Origin: a virus
Taxonomy: Duplodnaviria > Caudoviricetes
Virus record (IMG/VR): IMGVR_UViG_3300034073_000667
Span: 1 to 58,956 of that record
Length of the DNA: 58,956 nt
Reading direction: 5' to 3' (one strand)
The stretch's first letter is position 1; every line of letters starts with the position of its first letter. The notes under the pieces were generated by a model. That model worked only from the letters and a program-made list of their open reading frames with translations, searched no databases and was not told where the DNA came from. The position numbers and the translations under genes are program-made. Below are positions 35,908 to 45,276 of the stretch, piece after piece.

Positions 35908-38162
35908 ACCAGCTCCCCCTGTTTGTGCGACTCGACGGTTTGCAGATTCTTAACTGCGCAGTTGAAGTAGCTGGGCTTGAGCTCAAATCCAACGAAGCGG
36001 CGACCCATCTGCAGGCTGACGTAACCCTCGCTGCCGATGCCAGCGAATGGGCTGAGCACAAGATCGCCTGGATTGCTCCACAGCTGCAGGCCGCGGCGGA
36101 TCACCTCAAGCTGCAGCGGGCAGATGTGGCGTTCGTCGTCATTGGCGCGGGCGCTGCGGTATTGCAAGGTGTCGGATGGGTTGATGTCCATCCACACCGG
36201 GCTGGCGTAGCGCTGCCAGATGTTGATGCTGTCCTTGATGGCGTCGCCGGTCTTAGCTGGTGGGTTCTCGCCAGCAAACTCGGTGAACGGGCCAGCGCAT
36301 GGCTCAGGGTTGTCGCCCAGCTTGCGCACCGTCACCAGGTAGTCAGGGATGCCCTGACGGCTCAGAGCTGAGTCCTTGCGGATCTGTTTGTGCAGCAGAC
36401 CGATCGCTTTGGTGCGCTGCATGGCGGTGACGGGGTCCTTCCAAATGCAGACCTCTGAATGGAAGACAAAGCCTGCTGCCTGAAAGATGCGCAGCATGTC
36501 ACCGCGGAAGTCCTTGACGCCGATGAAGCCGTCGCGCTCTTTGCTGCTGGGCAGATTCATGCAGTGGAAGCTGATTAACCGGCCGGGCATCAGCACGCGA
36601 TGCAGCTCTTTGGCTAGGTAGACGAAGTGATCAAAGAACTCCTGATCGTTGCGGCTGTTGCCCATGTCCCGATCGCTGTTGGAGTAGGTGTACAGCGACG
36701 CGAATGGTGGGCTAAAGATGCTGTAGTGAATGCTGTCCGAGTCGAGCTGCTTGATGCTCTCAACGCAATCGCCCATGTACAGGTCCCAGCTGTCGCCGGA
36801 CTTGTGCTCAGTGATGTGTGGCGCTACTTGGCGCTGGATCTTTTTGAGTTGTTCCATGGTGGTTTGCTTCATGATGGTGACCATTGATTCAGCCATTGCG
36901 ATGCTGTCCGCTTCCTTGCGGCGGATGTTCTCGATCACGCGACCCTCAGCCACGTCGTAGATGATGTGCGCATTGACCGGATGCTGCTGGCCGAAGCGCC
37001 AGCACCGGCGGATGGCCTGATAGAACGCCTCGTAGCTGTGGGATAGGCCAACGAAGGCGACGTTGTGACAGCCCTGGAAGTTGAGACCGAATCCGAAGAT
37101 GCTGGGCTTGCTGACCAGCACGCGGATCTTGCCATTTTGGAAGTCAATAGCAGCCTTGCGCTTGTGATCGTCGCTGTCGCTGCCTGAGACCTCGACCGCG
37201 CCATCGATAGCAGCGGTAAGCGCCTTGGATTCGTCGTTGAGATCACACCAGATCAGCCATTGCTCGGCGCTGTCGTTGGCCAGGGCTGCAGCTGCATCGA
37301 CGCGCATCTGCAGCGATGCCTTGCGGACGTGCCGCTGATCGCTCAGGGTGCGGGCTTCCATGGCGAACAGCGCCATCTGGCCTGCGTCATCGGCCATGGC
37401 CTCGCGTGGTGTCTCGACGGTGCAGTCCTGAATGGATAGCTCGGGCAGAATGAAGCTGCCGTCCTCATAGCCCAAATCTGACGGCTTGCGGATGGTGACA
37501 GCCCAACTGCAGACCCATTCCCAGAACTTGTCTTTGGCGTGACCCTTGAGCCGCCACTTGCTGGTGTCGCCGCCGTCATGGACGAAGAACATGGCCAGCA
37601 TTTCGGTCCTGGTCATCACGCCAATGAACTCAGCGTGATTCCCCAGCTCCATGTGATCGTTGGGCGCCGGGGTGGCTGAGCAGGCCAGACGAAATGGCGT
37701 CTGGCTGAATGACTCGATGATCTGGTTGCGGATCTTGCCGGTGTACGCCTTAAGGATGCTGCTCTCGTCGAGCACCACACCATCGAAGGCGGCGGGGTCG
37801 AAGTGGCTGAGCTTTTCGTAGTTGGTGATCGTGGTGCCGCGGCGCACGTCGGCCTGGGTTGCAGCGAACACGCATGGGATGCCGAACTTGGCGCCTTCGC
37901 GGACGGTTTGATGCGCCACAGCCAGTGGCGCTAGGACCAGCACGTTGCCGCCAGTGTGTTGATGCACCTGATGCGCCCACTCAAGCTGCATGGCGGTTTT
38001 ACCCATGCCGCAGTCAGCCCAGATGCAGAATCTGCCAACGCGGCAGGCCATGGTGACGATGTCCCGCTGAAACGGGAACAGCGGCGCCGTGAACTGCTGC
38101 GGGTCAAAGCCAGCAGCAGGGCAGGCGGTGGATTTGGAGGCTAGGAAATCTTTGTAGGTCAT
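35904..38162 (-). CDS. SNF2-like helicase fused to a beta-class N4C/N6A DNA methyltransferase
   Basis: GMGKT, DESS, SATP, QA.RRCWRFGQ; then GDC, SPPF, HICP and DLVLSPFAGIGSEG. Confidence 0.88.
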   Translation of the reverse strand: MTYKDFLASKSTACPAAGFDPQQFTAPLFPFQRDIVTMACRVGRFCIWADCGMGKTAMQLEWAHQVHQHTGGNVLVLAPLAVAHQTVREGAKFGIPCVFAATQADVRRGTTITNYEKLSHFDPAAFDGVVLDESSILKAYTGKIRNQIIESFSQTPFRLACSATPAPNDHMELGNHAEFIGVMTRTEMLAMFFVHDGGDTSKWRLKGHAKDKFWEWVCSWAVTIRKPSDLGYEDGSFILPELSIQDCTVETPREAMADDAGQMALFAMEARTLSDQRHVRKASLQMRVDAAAALANDSAEQWLIWCDLNDESKALTAAIDGAVEVSGSDSDDHKRKAAIDFQNGKIRVLVSKPSIFGFGLNFQGCHNVAFVGLSHSYEAFYQAIRRCWRFGQQHPVNAHIIYDVAEGRVIENIRRKEADSIAMAESMVTIMKQTTMEQLKKIQRQVAPHITEHKSGDSWDLYMGDCVESIKQLDSDSIHYSIFSPPFASLYTYSNSDRDMGNSRNDQEFFDHFVYLAKELHRVLMPGRLISFHCMNLPSSKERDGFIGVKDFRGDMLRIFQAAGFVFHSEVCIWKDPVTAMQRTKAIGLLHKQIRKDSALSRQGIPDYLVTVRKLGDNPEPCAGPFTEFAGENPPAKTGDAIKDSINIWQRYASPVWMDINPSDTLQYRSARANDDERHICPLQLEVIRRGLQLWSNPGDLVLSPFAGIGSEGYVSLQMGRRFVGFELKPSYFNCAVKNLQTVESHKQGELV

Positions 38163-38177
38163 AGCTGCCGTGTGGCC

Positions 38178-38205
38178 TTGCAACCCTAGCGCAACCCTCT
38201 AGACT
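38178..38205 (+). promoter_or_regulatory. Putative promoter with tandem GCAACCCT repeats
   Basis: TTGCAA-N16-TAGACT; GCAACCCT at 38180 and 38191 in the divergent intergenic gap. Confidence 0.45.
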
Positions 38206-38227
38206 GCGCAAGTATCCGCTAGGACCC

Positions 38228-38401
38228 GTGGCCTTATCGCATCCGTTGGCAGTCCAGCTCACGCCGGAGCAGATGGCATGGCTTGATGCCCGTCGCGTCG
38301 CTGGCCTGTCCCGTAGCGCCGTGCTCAGGCTTGTCGTTGAGCAGGCCATGCGGCTTGACAAGCAAGGTCTTCTGCCCGCTACCGGACGGCGCGAGTCATG
38401 A
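38228..38401 (+). CDS. Ribbon-helix-helix (CopG-like) regulator (57 aa; not in the ORF track)
   Basis: GTG start; LAVQLTPEQMAWLD....GLSRSAVLRLVVEQAM; ATGA overlap with the primase gene. Confidence 0.65.
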   Translation: MALSHPLAVQLTPEQMAWLDARRVAGLSRSAVLRLVVEQAMRLDKQGLLPATGRRES

Positions 38402-40890
38402 CCATCCTCGACGCAGCACGCGGCAGGTGGCCAGACCTGCTGCAGCAACTTACTGGCTTGGCGCCAGAGCAACTCATCGACAAGCACCAGCCGTGCCCGC
38501 TTTGTGGCGGCAAAGATCGTTATCGCTTTGACGACCAAGACGGCTCGGGCTCATGGTTTTGCAACAAGTGCGGCGGCAAGGCCGGCACCGGCGGAGCAGG
38601 CAGCGGCATGGACATGCTGATGCGTCGCACGGGCTTGAGCTTTGCCGAAGCAGCGCAGCGGGTTGAGCAGCATCTCGGCCTAGCCAAGCCAATACCAGCA
38701 CCCCCTCTCAAGGGCTGGGATTCGCACTGGCGGTACACAGACACCTTTTATGTACTGCGCCGCAATTTGCCGGATGGAAGCAAAGAAATCCGCCCTCTCT
38801 GGTTTGACGGTGAGGCATGGCGGCGCAAGGCACCACCGTCACCACGTCCCCTTTACTGGGCGCGTCGTGATGCAAACCTGCCGCTGCTGATCGTCGAAGG
38901 CGAAAAGACCGCCGATGCAGCCGCTGCATTGTTTCCCGGACATGCCGTATTGACCTGGGCCTCAGGTTGCCAAGCCATTGACAAGGCCGATTGGTCCCCC
39001 ATCACCGGCCGCCGTTGCGTGTTATGGCCTGATGCGGACATGCCAGGCCGTGAGGCAATGGCCAAGCTAGCGCCACGGTTGCTTGCTGCTGGTGCCGCAC
39101 AAGTGCGCATTGTCCATCCGCCAGAAGGTGTGCCTGAAGGATGGGACCTCGCTGATGCGGACTGGTCGTCTGCTCAGGCTGCAGCGCATCTCATGTCAAA
39201 CCGCTCAGCGCCTGTTGAGCTGCCGGATCCTGTGGCCGAGCCCTTACTAGCCGAGCCGCTGCCGGAGCCCGATCCAATACCGCAGGCTCATAGCTGTTTC
39301 ACCTGCCTTGGCTTTGACAATGACAGCTTCTACTACCAGCCGCACAGCACCGGTCAGGTGACCCGCTTGTCACGCAGCAGCCACACCGGGACAAATCTGG
39401 TATCACTGGCGCCTCTTAGTTACTGGGAGACCCTGTACCCATCCAAGACTGGTGTCAACTGGACAGCAGCAGCAAGCAGCTTGTTTGAACGCCAAGCCGC
39501 TGTTGGTGTCTACAGTCCAGACCGCATCCGTGGCCGTGGCGCTTGGTGGGATAAGCGCGTCAGTGTGCTGCACCTTGGTGATCGCCTGGTCGTTGACGGT
39601 GATCCGCGTGATGTCAGCGCAGGTGTGCCCGGGAGCGCCTACCTGTATCAGCGCCTTGCACGCCTGCGTGGTCCAGCAGATGCCAAGCCGCTAGCCGATG
39701 ATGAGGCCTTTGTCCTGGCCGAGCTAGCCGAGCGGTTCCATTGGGAGGTCCCGGCATCTGGCCTGCTGCTTGCCGGCTGGGCAGCACTCGCCCCGATCTG
39801 CGGTGCGCTGGACTGGCGTCCTCATGCTTGGCTTACCGCAGGCGCCGGCTCCGGCAAATCCGCCATTCTTGACCGTTACATCTCGCCGCTGCTAGGCGAC
39901 ATGGGCTTGGTCGTGGCTGGCAACACCACAGAACCAGGTATCCGGCAAGCCCTACGAGCCGATGCCCTGCCGGTGGTCTTTGACGAAGCCGAATCCAATG
40001 AACGCACCGACCAGCAGCGGATGCAGGCCATCCTCGGCCTGGCGCGGGTTGCCAGCTCGGAGTCCAAAGCGCACACACTTAAGGGCAGCCCTGAAGGTGA
40101 CACCCAGCGTTACACCATCCGGTCAATGTTTCTGATGAGCAGCATTGCAACTGCGCTCAAACAAGGCGCTGATAAGTCACGCTTTGCTCAGCTTACTTTG
40201 CGCAATCCAAATGAGCTACCAAAAGCTGAACGTATTGCGCACTGGGAAGCCTTAGACCGCGACCTTGACAAGCATATATCTGAAGCGATTGGCCAGCGAT
40301 TGCAGGCGCGGACCATTGCGCTTATACCCGTAATCCGCGCCAGTGTGCGCATTTTCACTCGTGCAGCCGCTGAGGCATTTGATAGCCAACGGCTTGGTGA
40401 TCAATACGGCACGTTATTAGCAGGCGCGTGGTCTTTGCAGTCCAGCGAAGTCGTCACCCGAGATCAGGCATGGCAACTAATTGAACAGAACAACTGGGAA
40501 CCCTACTCCCAGTCGATTGAAATACCAGATGAAAAGCGCTGTTTACAGCGCATCCTGCAGCATCAAATCCGCGTTGAAGGTGATAAAACAGTCACCCGAA
40601 CGATTGGCGAACTTGTAGATCTTGCGTTGCACCATGGTCATGACATGGTTGTAACAACCGAGCTAGCAGTGGCCACCCTCGGGCGTAATGGCATCAAGGC
40701 TGAGCAGGGCGCCATCTGCGTGTCCAACACCGCCAACGCCATTGCCGCCATCCTCTCGGACACGCCATGGAGCAACTGCTGGTCAACCGTGCTGGCGCGT
40801 TTGCCGGGCGCCGAGAAGGTGGGCGTTATTTGGTTCAAAGGTTCAGGCGGTAACAGTCGAGCCACCAAAATCCCCCTCGAAGCCGCCTGA
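38398..40890 (+). CDS. P4 alpha-like primase-helicase
   Basis: HQPCPLCGGKDRYRFDD..CNKC zinc finger, Toprim VEGEKTAD/PDAD, Walker A AGSGKS, Walker B FDEAE. Confidence 0.9.
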   Translation: MTILDAARGRWPDLLQQLTGLAPEQLIDKHQPCPLCGGKDRYRFDDQDGSGSWFCNKCGGKAGTGGAGSGMDMLMRRTGLSFAEAAQRVEQHLGLAKPIPAPPLKGWDSHWRYTDTFYVLRRNLPDGSKEIRPLWFDGEAWRRKAPPSPRPLYWARRDANLPLLIVEGEKTADAAAALFPGHAVLTWASGCQAIDKADWSPITGRRCVLWPDADMPGREAMAKLAPRLLAAGAAQVRIVHPPEGVPEGWDLADADWSSAQAAAHLMSNRSAPVELPDPVAEPLLAEPLPEPDPIPQAHSCFTCLGFDNDSFYYQPHSTGQVTRLSRSSHTGTNLVSLAPLSYWETLYPSKTGVNWTAAASSLFERQAAVGVYSPDRIRGRGAWWDKRVSVLHLGDRLVVDGDPRDVSAGVPGSAYLYQRLARLRGPADAKPLADDEAFVLAELAERFHWEVPASGLLLAGWAALAPICGALDWRPHAWLTAGAGSGKSAILDRYISPLLGDMGLVVAGNTTEPGIRQALRADALPVVFDEAESNERTDQQRMQAILGLARVASSESKAHTLKGSPEGDTQRYTIRSMFLMSSIATALKQGADKSRFAQLTLRNPNELPKAERIAHWEALDRDLDKHISEAIGQRLQARTIALIPVIRASVRIFTRAAAEAFDSQRLGDQYGTLLAGAWSLQSSEVVTRDQAWQLIEQNNWEPYSQSIEIPDEKRCLQRILQHQIRVEGDKTVTRTIGELVDLALHHGHDMVVTTELAVATLGRNGIKAEQGAICVSNTANAIAAILSDTPWSNCWSTVLARLPGAEKVGVIWFKGSGGNSRATKIPLEAA

Positions 40891-41138
40891 CCGTTCGGAG
40901 GCGTTCGGCCGAGAACCCTTGGTATGACTGGAAACTAACGGTCCTAACGGTCCTAACGCTTTTTCGGAAGAGCCCCCCTTTAAGAGAGAGGGTGTAAGTG
41001 TGTGGGTGGGTGGGGTGTTCTCTCTTGTATGTATATGTCTTTTTTAGCGTTAGGAGTGTTAGGTTAGGGGTTCAGCCCAGTGGTGGCGGGCGATTTGCGC
41101 CGAACGCCCACCGTTAGGCGACCGTTAGGACCGTTATG
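40891..41138. repeat. Iteron-like repeats, putative replication origin
   Basis: CTAACG at 40935, 40944 and 40953; inverted GTTAGG-core copies at about 41048, 41057, 41062, 41111 and 41122; T-rich centre. Confidence 0.7.
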
Positions 41139-41408
41139 AAAGAAGTCAAAGTCCGGTTTGAGCCTGCAGACCTGGTGGCACTGGACCAGCAGGCGGCCAT
41201 GGCAGGTGTCAGCCGGTCGGAACTGATCCGGTCGCGGGCACTTGTTGCAAACTGTGACGCAGGACTCAGCGTTGCCGGCTATCACCGTTTAGTGTCGGAT
41301 GCGCTCGCCAATGTGCGCGGGGACATCCCGCGCCGCATGGTCGAGCAGCTTGTTGCATATGTCATCACATGGATCTCATCAACATCTCAGCCAAGCAGCA
41401 ACCCGTGA
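41136..41408 (+). CDS. RHH (CopG-like) protein
   Basis: KEVKVRF...DL.ALD.QA...GVSRSELIR. Confidence 0.7.
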   Translation: MKEVKVRFEPADLVALDQQAAMAGVSRSELIRSRALVANCDAGLSVAGYHRLVSDALANVRGDIPRRMVEQLVAYVITWISSTSQPSSNP

Positions 41409-41569
41409 TCAACCGGCTCCACGACGCCATGGAGCATGCGCTTGCCTACGCCGCTGCTATCCGCGACAATGCCCAAGATGACCAGCAGCCCATCCCGGCT
41501 GAACTGGTTGCATCATTCGCCGCTGATTACGAGCGGATTGTTTCCATCCTTACCGACGCCGCCACATGA
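41369..41569 (+). CDS. Hypothetical protein
   Basis: 66-aa ORF with ATGA overlap to dnaN. Confidence 0.5.
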   Translation: MDLINISAKQQPVINRLHDAMEHALAYAAAIRDNAQDDQQPIPAELVASFAADYERIVSILTDAAT

Positions 41570-42606
41570 AACTCATCACCACGCAGGCTGATCTCAGTCA
41601 TGCACTGCGCACCATTGCCCCAGCCGTTGGCACCGGCAACAGCCACCCGATCCTGAGCTGCTGCCTGATCGCCGCTGATGCTGGCGTCATGACCGTTACC
41701 GGCTTCAACCTGGACCTCGGCATCACCGTGTCCGTACCGGCAGCCGTGGATACCCCTGGCACCGTGGCGCTGCCGTATCGGCTGCTGGCGGGCCTCGTCA
41801 GCCGCATGGATGATGGCGAGCCTGTGACGCTGTCAGATGGATCTGTGAGCGCCTCCAGCGGCTCTTATGGGCTTGCGGTGCAGGATGCAGCCGATTATCC
41901 CTCCATGCCCGTTGTGGAGGCTCCTAGCGCTGAGCTGGACCTGACCGCTGGTGTGCGTGCCTGCATGGCAGCCGTCAGCACCGACAGCAGCAAGCAGATC
42001 CTGCAGGGCATCCACATGGCAGCCGGCTTCATGGAGGCCACTGACGGCCACCGGCTCATGCGTGTGCCCGTAGCACTGCCCGATGGCATTGATCTGGTGC
42101 TACCAGCCAGCACGATGAAGCTGCTGCAGGACCGCACCGTCACCGTGGCAGCAGCAGCCGGGCAAGCCGTGATCGATGCAGGCGATGGCATCACCATCTA
42201 CAGCCGCATCCTTGACGGCAAGTACCCCGACGTGGCAGCGCTGGTGCCCAAGTCCTTTAAGCACGCCATGACCCTTGACCGGCACCGCTTTGCCCGGTGC
42301 CTGGAGCGTGTCGCCCTGATTGCAGAGGCGCATAACTCCGTCGTTAAGCTCACCGCCGGTTCAGGCGCACTGGCCATCACCGCCGAGGCCGATGCCAACA
42401 ACGGCAAAGAGCTGATCACCTACGAAGGCGCGGCCGCTGGCACCTGGGCGTTCAATGTGCATTACCTGCTCGATGGGCTAAAGGCCATGCGGCAGTCGGA
42501 TACTGTTACACTGTCGGCCAATAGTGCAACAACACCGGTCGTGCTAAGGCCGACTAGCATGACAGAGCAGACGTATCTCATCATGCCAATTCAAATCCGG
42601 GAGTAA
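41566..42606 (+). CDS. dnaN: DNA polymerase III beta sliding clamp
   Basis: HPILS, ATDGHRL, SRILDG.YPD, AFN..YLLDGLK and YLIMP motifs. Confidence 0.92.
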   Translation: MKLITTQADLSHALRTIAPAVGTGNSHPILSCCLIAADAGVMTVTGFNLDLGITVSVPAAVDTPGTVALPYRLLAGLVSRMDDGEPVTLSDGSVSASSGSYGLAVQDAADYPSMPVVEAPSAELDLTAGVRACMAAVSTDSSKQILQGIHMAAGFMEATDGHRLMRVPVALPDGIDLVLPASTMKLLQDRTVTVAAAAGQAVIDAGDGITIYSRILDGKYPDVAALVPKSFKHAMTLDRHRFARCLERVALIAEAHNSVVKLTAGSGALAITAEADANNGKELITYEGAAAGTWAFNVHYLLDGLKAMRQSDTVTLSANSATTPVVLRPTSMTEQTYLIMPIQIRE

Positions 42607-42610
42607 TACA

Positions 42611-42934
42611 ATGGCGCGCAAGTGCAACAATACAGAGTCTGACCAGCGCGTAAATGCTGTCTACAGCTTGCTCTTGCGTGCACATAGTAGAAGGCAAATC
42701 ATACAATTTGCAGCGGAGAACTGGGGAATAGGCGAGCGCCAAGCTGATGCTTACATTGCTCGTGCTCGCCAACTCCTATCGCTTGATGCAGAGATAGAGC
42801 GGCCTCAATGGCTAGAAGCTGCTGTTGCCAGACTGCAAGAATATGAGCGTCGTGCATCAGACAAAGAGCAACTCGGCACTGCACTAATGGCGCTTGAGAA
42901 GCAAGCCCGGCTATTGCGGTTTGAGATGTCGTGA
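42611..42934 (+). CDS. Putative terminase small subunit (block B)
   Basis: HTH-like (RRQIIQFAAENWGIGERQADAYIARA) and coupled to terL. Confidence 0.6.
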   Translation: MARKCNNTESDQRVNAVYSLLLRAHSRRQIIQFAAENWGIGERQADAYIARARQLLSLDAEIERPQWLEAAVARLQEYERRASDKEQLGTALMALEKQARLLRFEMS

Positions 42935-44283
42935 GCCTGCTGTCTGGCATTTGCGAACCAGTGCCGCTGTTGTCATTCCTGCAGCAGCAGACGCCTGAGG
43001 ATACTGACGACCTGCTAGCCCGCATCCGTGCTGACTTGCACCCTGGCCAGCTTGCGTTTGTGGATGACACCGCAACCCAGATCCTTGGCATCAGCGCAGG
43101 CTATGGCGCTGGCAAGACCAGGGCATTGTGCGCTAAAGCCGTGATGCTGGCAGCAGTTAATCAGGGCTTTATCGGCTGCGTGATGGAGCCAACCGGACCG
43201 CTGATCCGCGACATCTGGCAGACGGACTTCGAGGCATTCCTTGAGGCGTACGACATCCCGTACACCTTCCGCGCTAGTCCACTGCCGGAGTACATGCTGC
43301 ACCTGCCGGGCGGTGACACCAAGATCCTGTGCCGCAGCTTTGAGAACTGGAGCCGCATCATTGGCTTGAACCTTGCTTGGGTGCTCGCCGACGAGATTGA
43401 CACCGTGACGCCCAGCATTGCTAATAAGGCATTTCCTAAGATCCTCGGCCGACTCCGCAGCGGCAATGTCCGGCAGTTTGGTGCGGCATCGACACCGGAG
43501 GGGTTCCGGTTTCTCTGGCAGACATTTGCCAGTGACGACGCGCAATTGCGACCGGATAGGCGGCTTATCAAAATGCGGACCTATGACAATCCGCATTTGC
43601 CGGAGGACTTTATTGAGCGCTTACGAGCTAATTACGATCCAACGCTCCTTAAAAGCTATTTGGAGGGAGAGTTTGTAAATCTAACCACTGGTTGTGTTTA
43701 TGACAGGTTTGATCGTGCTAAGCATGTTTTTGCAGCATTGCCGGACATTGGCCGCGAGGCGCTGCGGATAGGCATTGACTTCAATATCGGCAACACCAAC
43801 GCGATCATCGGCATCCGCATTGGCGATCGGGCTGTTGTCATTGATGAGGTCGCTGGCGCAAACGACACAGATTCTCTTGCGCAAGAAATCCGCCGCCGCT
43901 ACCCAGACCACAAGATCTACGGCTACCCAGACGCATCAGGCGGCAACCGCTCGACAAATGCCACACGCACGGACATCCAGATTTTGGAAAGCTACGGCAT
44001 CAGCAACCAATCGCCGCAGTCAAATCCGCCGATCCGCGATCGCGTCAACAACGTGCAGGCCATGCTTGAAAACGGCAAAGGTGAAAACCGCTTGCAGATT
44101 TACCAAGGCTGCAAGCGGTTGATCGAATGCTTGGAGCTGCAGTGCTGGGATCAAAAGACGCAACTGCCGGATAAGCAGTCCAATTTTGATCACATGAATG
44201 ACTGCCTTGGCTACTGGCTGCACCGCGACTTCTCGATGCTGCACAAGACTGCTGGACGCAGCACGGGCATTCGGCTATATTGA
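42931..44283 (+). CDS. terL: Terminase large subunit, Terminase_6/T4-SPP1-like (block B)
   Basis: AGYGAGKT, VLADE, STPEG, DNPHL, GIDFN and DH.ND motifs. Confidence 0.93.
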   Translation: MSLLSGICEPVPLLSFLQQQTPEDTDDLLARIRADLHPGQLAFVDDTATQILGISAGYGAGKTRALCAKAVMLAAVNQGFIGCVMEPTGPLIRDIWQTDFEAFLEAYDIPYTFRASPLPEYMLHLPGGDTKILCRSFENWSRIIGLNLAWVLADEIDTVTPSIANKAFPKILGRLRSGNVRQFGAASTPEGFRFLWQTFASDDAQLRPDRRLIKMRTYDNPHLPEDFIERLRANYDPTLLKSYLEGEFVNLTTGCVYDRFDRAKHVFAALPDIGREALRIGIDFNIGNTNAIIGIRIGDRAVVIDEVAGANDTDSLAQEIRRRYPDHKIYGYPDASGGNRSTNATRTDIQILESYGISNQSPQSNPPIRDRVNNVQAMLENGKGENRLQIYQGCKRLIECLELQCWDQKTQLPDKQSNFDHMNDCLGYWLHRDFSMLHKTAGRSTGIRLY

Positions 44284-44338
44284 TTGGCGCAGCGAGGCGG
44301 CAACCTCCTGCGCCCGGCCACCTGAGTCACCAGGCAAC

Positions 44339-45031
44339 ATGGACATCATTACACGGGCAGAGGCTCTTGAGCAGGGTCTGCGCCACTACTTCACAGGCAA
44401 GCCGTGCCGCAACGGCCACATTTCAATTCGTGGCGTGCGCAAATGGAATTGCCTTGAATGCGACCGGAACCACAAGGCGGAAGAGCGAAAACGCGATCCT
44501 GAACGAGTGCGCGCAAATGAAAGGCGTACCGCAGCAAAGCATCGGGAATCCAAGCGGCAGTCAACCCGCCGATGGCGCGAGCGTAATCGGGATCGGCTAA
44601 GTGCTTATGGCCAAGCATTTCGCATCCGCTACAGAACTGACGCGACATTCAGGGCGCAAAAGCAGGCTGCTTACAGGCTTCACGCCCAGAAACAGAGAGA
44701 CCTAAAAACCAATAGAGCCATTAGCCTGAACTTGAGAAATCGTATTTATTACGCATTATTAAGCTGTGGCGTTTGCAAGACTCAAGCAAGCGCTGACTTG
44801 ATTGGCTGCACCGTCGAAGAACTCCGCCAGCACTTGCAAGCGCAGTTTACTGATGGCATGAGCTGGGACAACTATGGCCGGGACGGCTGGCACATCGACC
44901 ACATCCGCCCGTGCGCGAGCTTTGACTTGGCCGACCCAGAGCAGCAGCGACAGTGCTTCCACTACAGCAACTTACAGCCGCTGTGGGCTGCGGACAACAT
45001 CCGCAAGGGCGCCAAGCATGAGAAGGGTTGA
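44339..45031 (+). CDS. HNH-type homing endonuclease between terL and portal
   Basis: YFTGKPC..GH N-terminus; GMSWDNYG..WHIDHI.PCASFDL..CFHYSNLQPLWA.DN..K. Confidence 0.82.
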   Translation: MDIITRAEALEQGLRHYFTGKPCRNGHISIRGVRKWNCLECDRNHKAEERKRDPERVRANERRTAAKHRESKRQSTRRWRERNRDRLSAYGQAFRIRYRTDATFRAQKQAAYRLHAQKQRDLKTNRAISLNLRNRIYYALLSCGVCKTQASADLIGCTVEELRQHLQAQFTDGMSWDNYGRDGWHIDHIRPCASFDLADPEQQRQCFHYSNLQPLWAADNIRKGAKHEKG

Positions 45032-45056
45032 CCACGGCGGCAAACGCTGGTATCTT
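45028..45056 (+). promoter_or_regulatory. Putative sigma70-type promoter
   Basis: TTGACC-N17-TATCTT with an extended TG. Confidence 0.55.
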
Positions 45057-45103
45057 GTGCGCACGGCCGCCAAGGCCGCCCTACCACCACCACCCACAAC
45101 ACC

Positions 45104-45247
45104 ATGGTCACCAATCCCTGGATCAACCGCTTCGCAGCCCTGACGCTGCTGTTCATGATGTACGCCGTCGGCATCAGCGTCGGCCGTGATCAAGCCGCTG
45201 AGGCGCATCACAATCACCCGGCCTGTCATCAGGGGCTGAAGCCGTAA
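45104..45247 (+). CDS. Small membrane protein (47 aa; not in the ORF track)
   Basis: MVTNPWINRFAALTLLFMMYAVGISVG..., downstream of the promoter. Confidence 0.5.
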   Translation: MVTNPWINRFAALTLLFMMYAVGISVGRDQAAEAHHNHPACHQGLKP

Positions 45248-45276
45248 ACTGACACCATTGTCAGCAGCTAGCGGTC

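Noticed and set aside
35904-38162. Restriction-modification or DISARM-like defence system
   Set aside because: No cognate restriction or partner genes; the adjacent VRR-NUC and helicase are ordinary phage replication genes
40891-41138. CRISPR array or telomere-like TTAGG repeats
   Set aside because: Repeats are 6-9 nt, in both orientations and without regular spacers; an iteron origin explains them better
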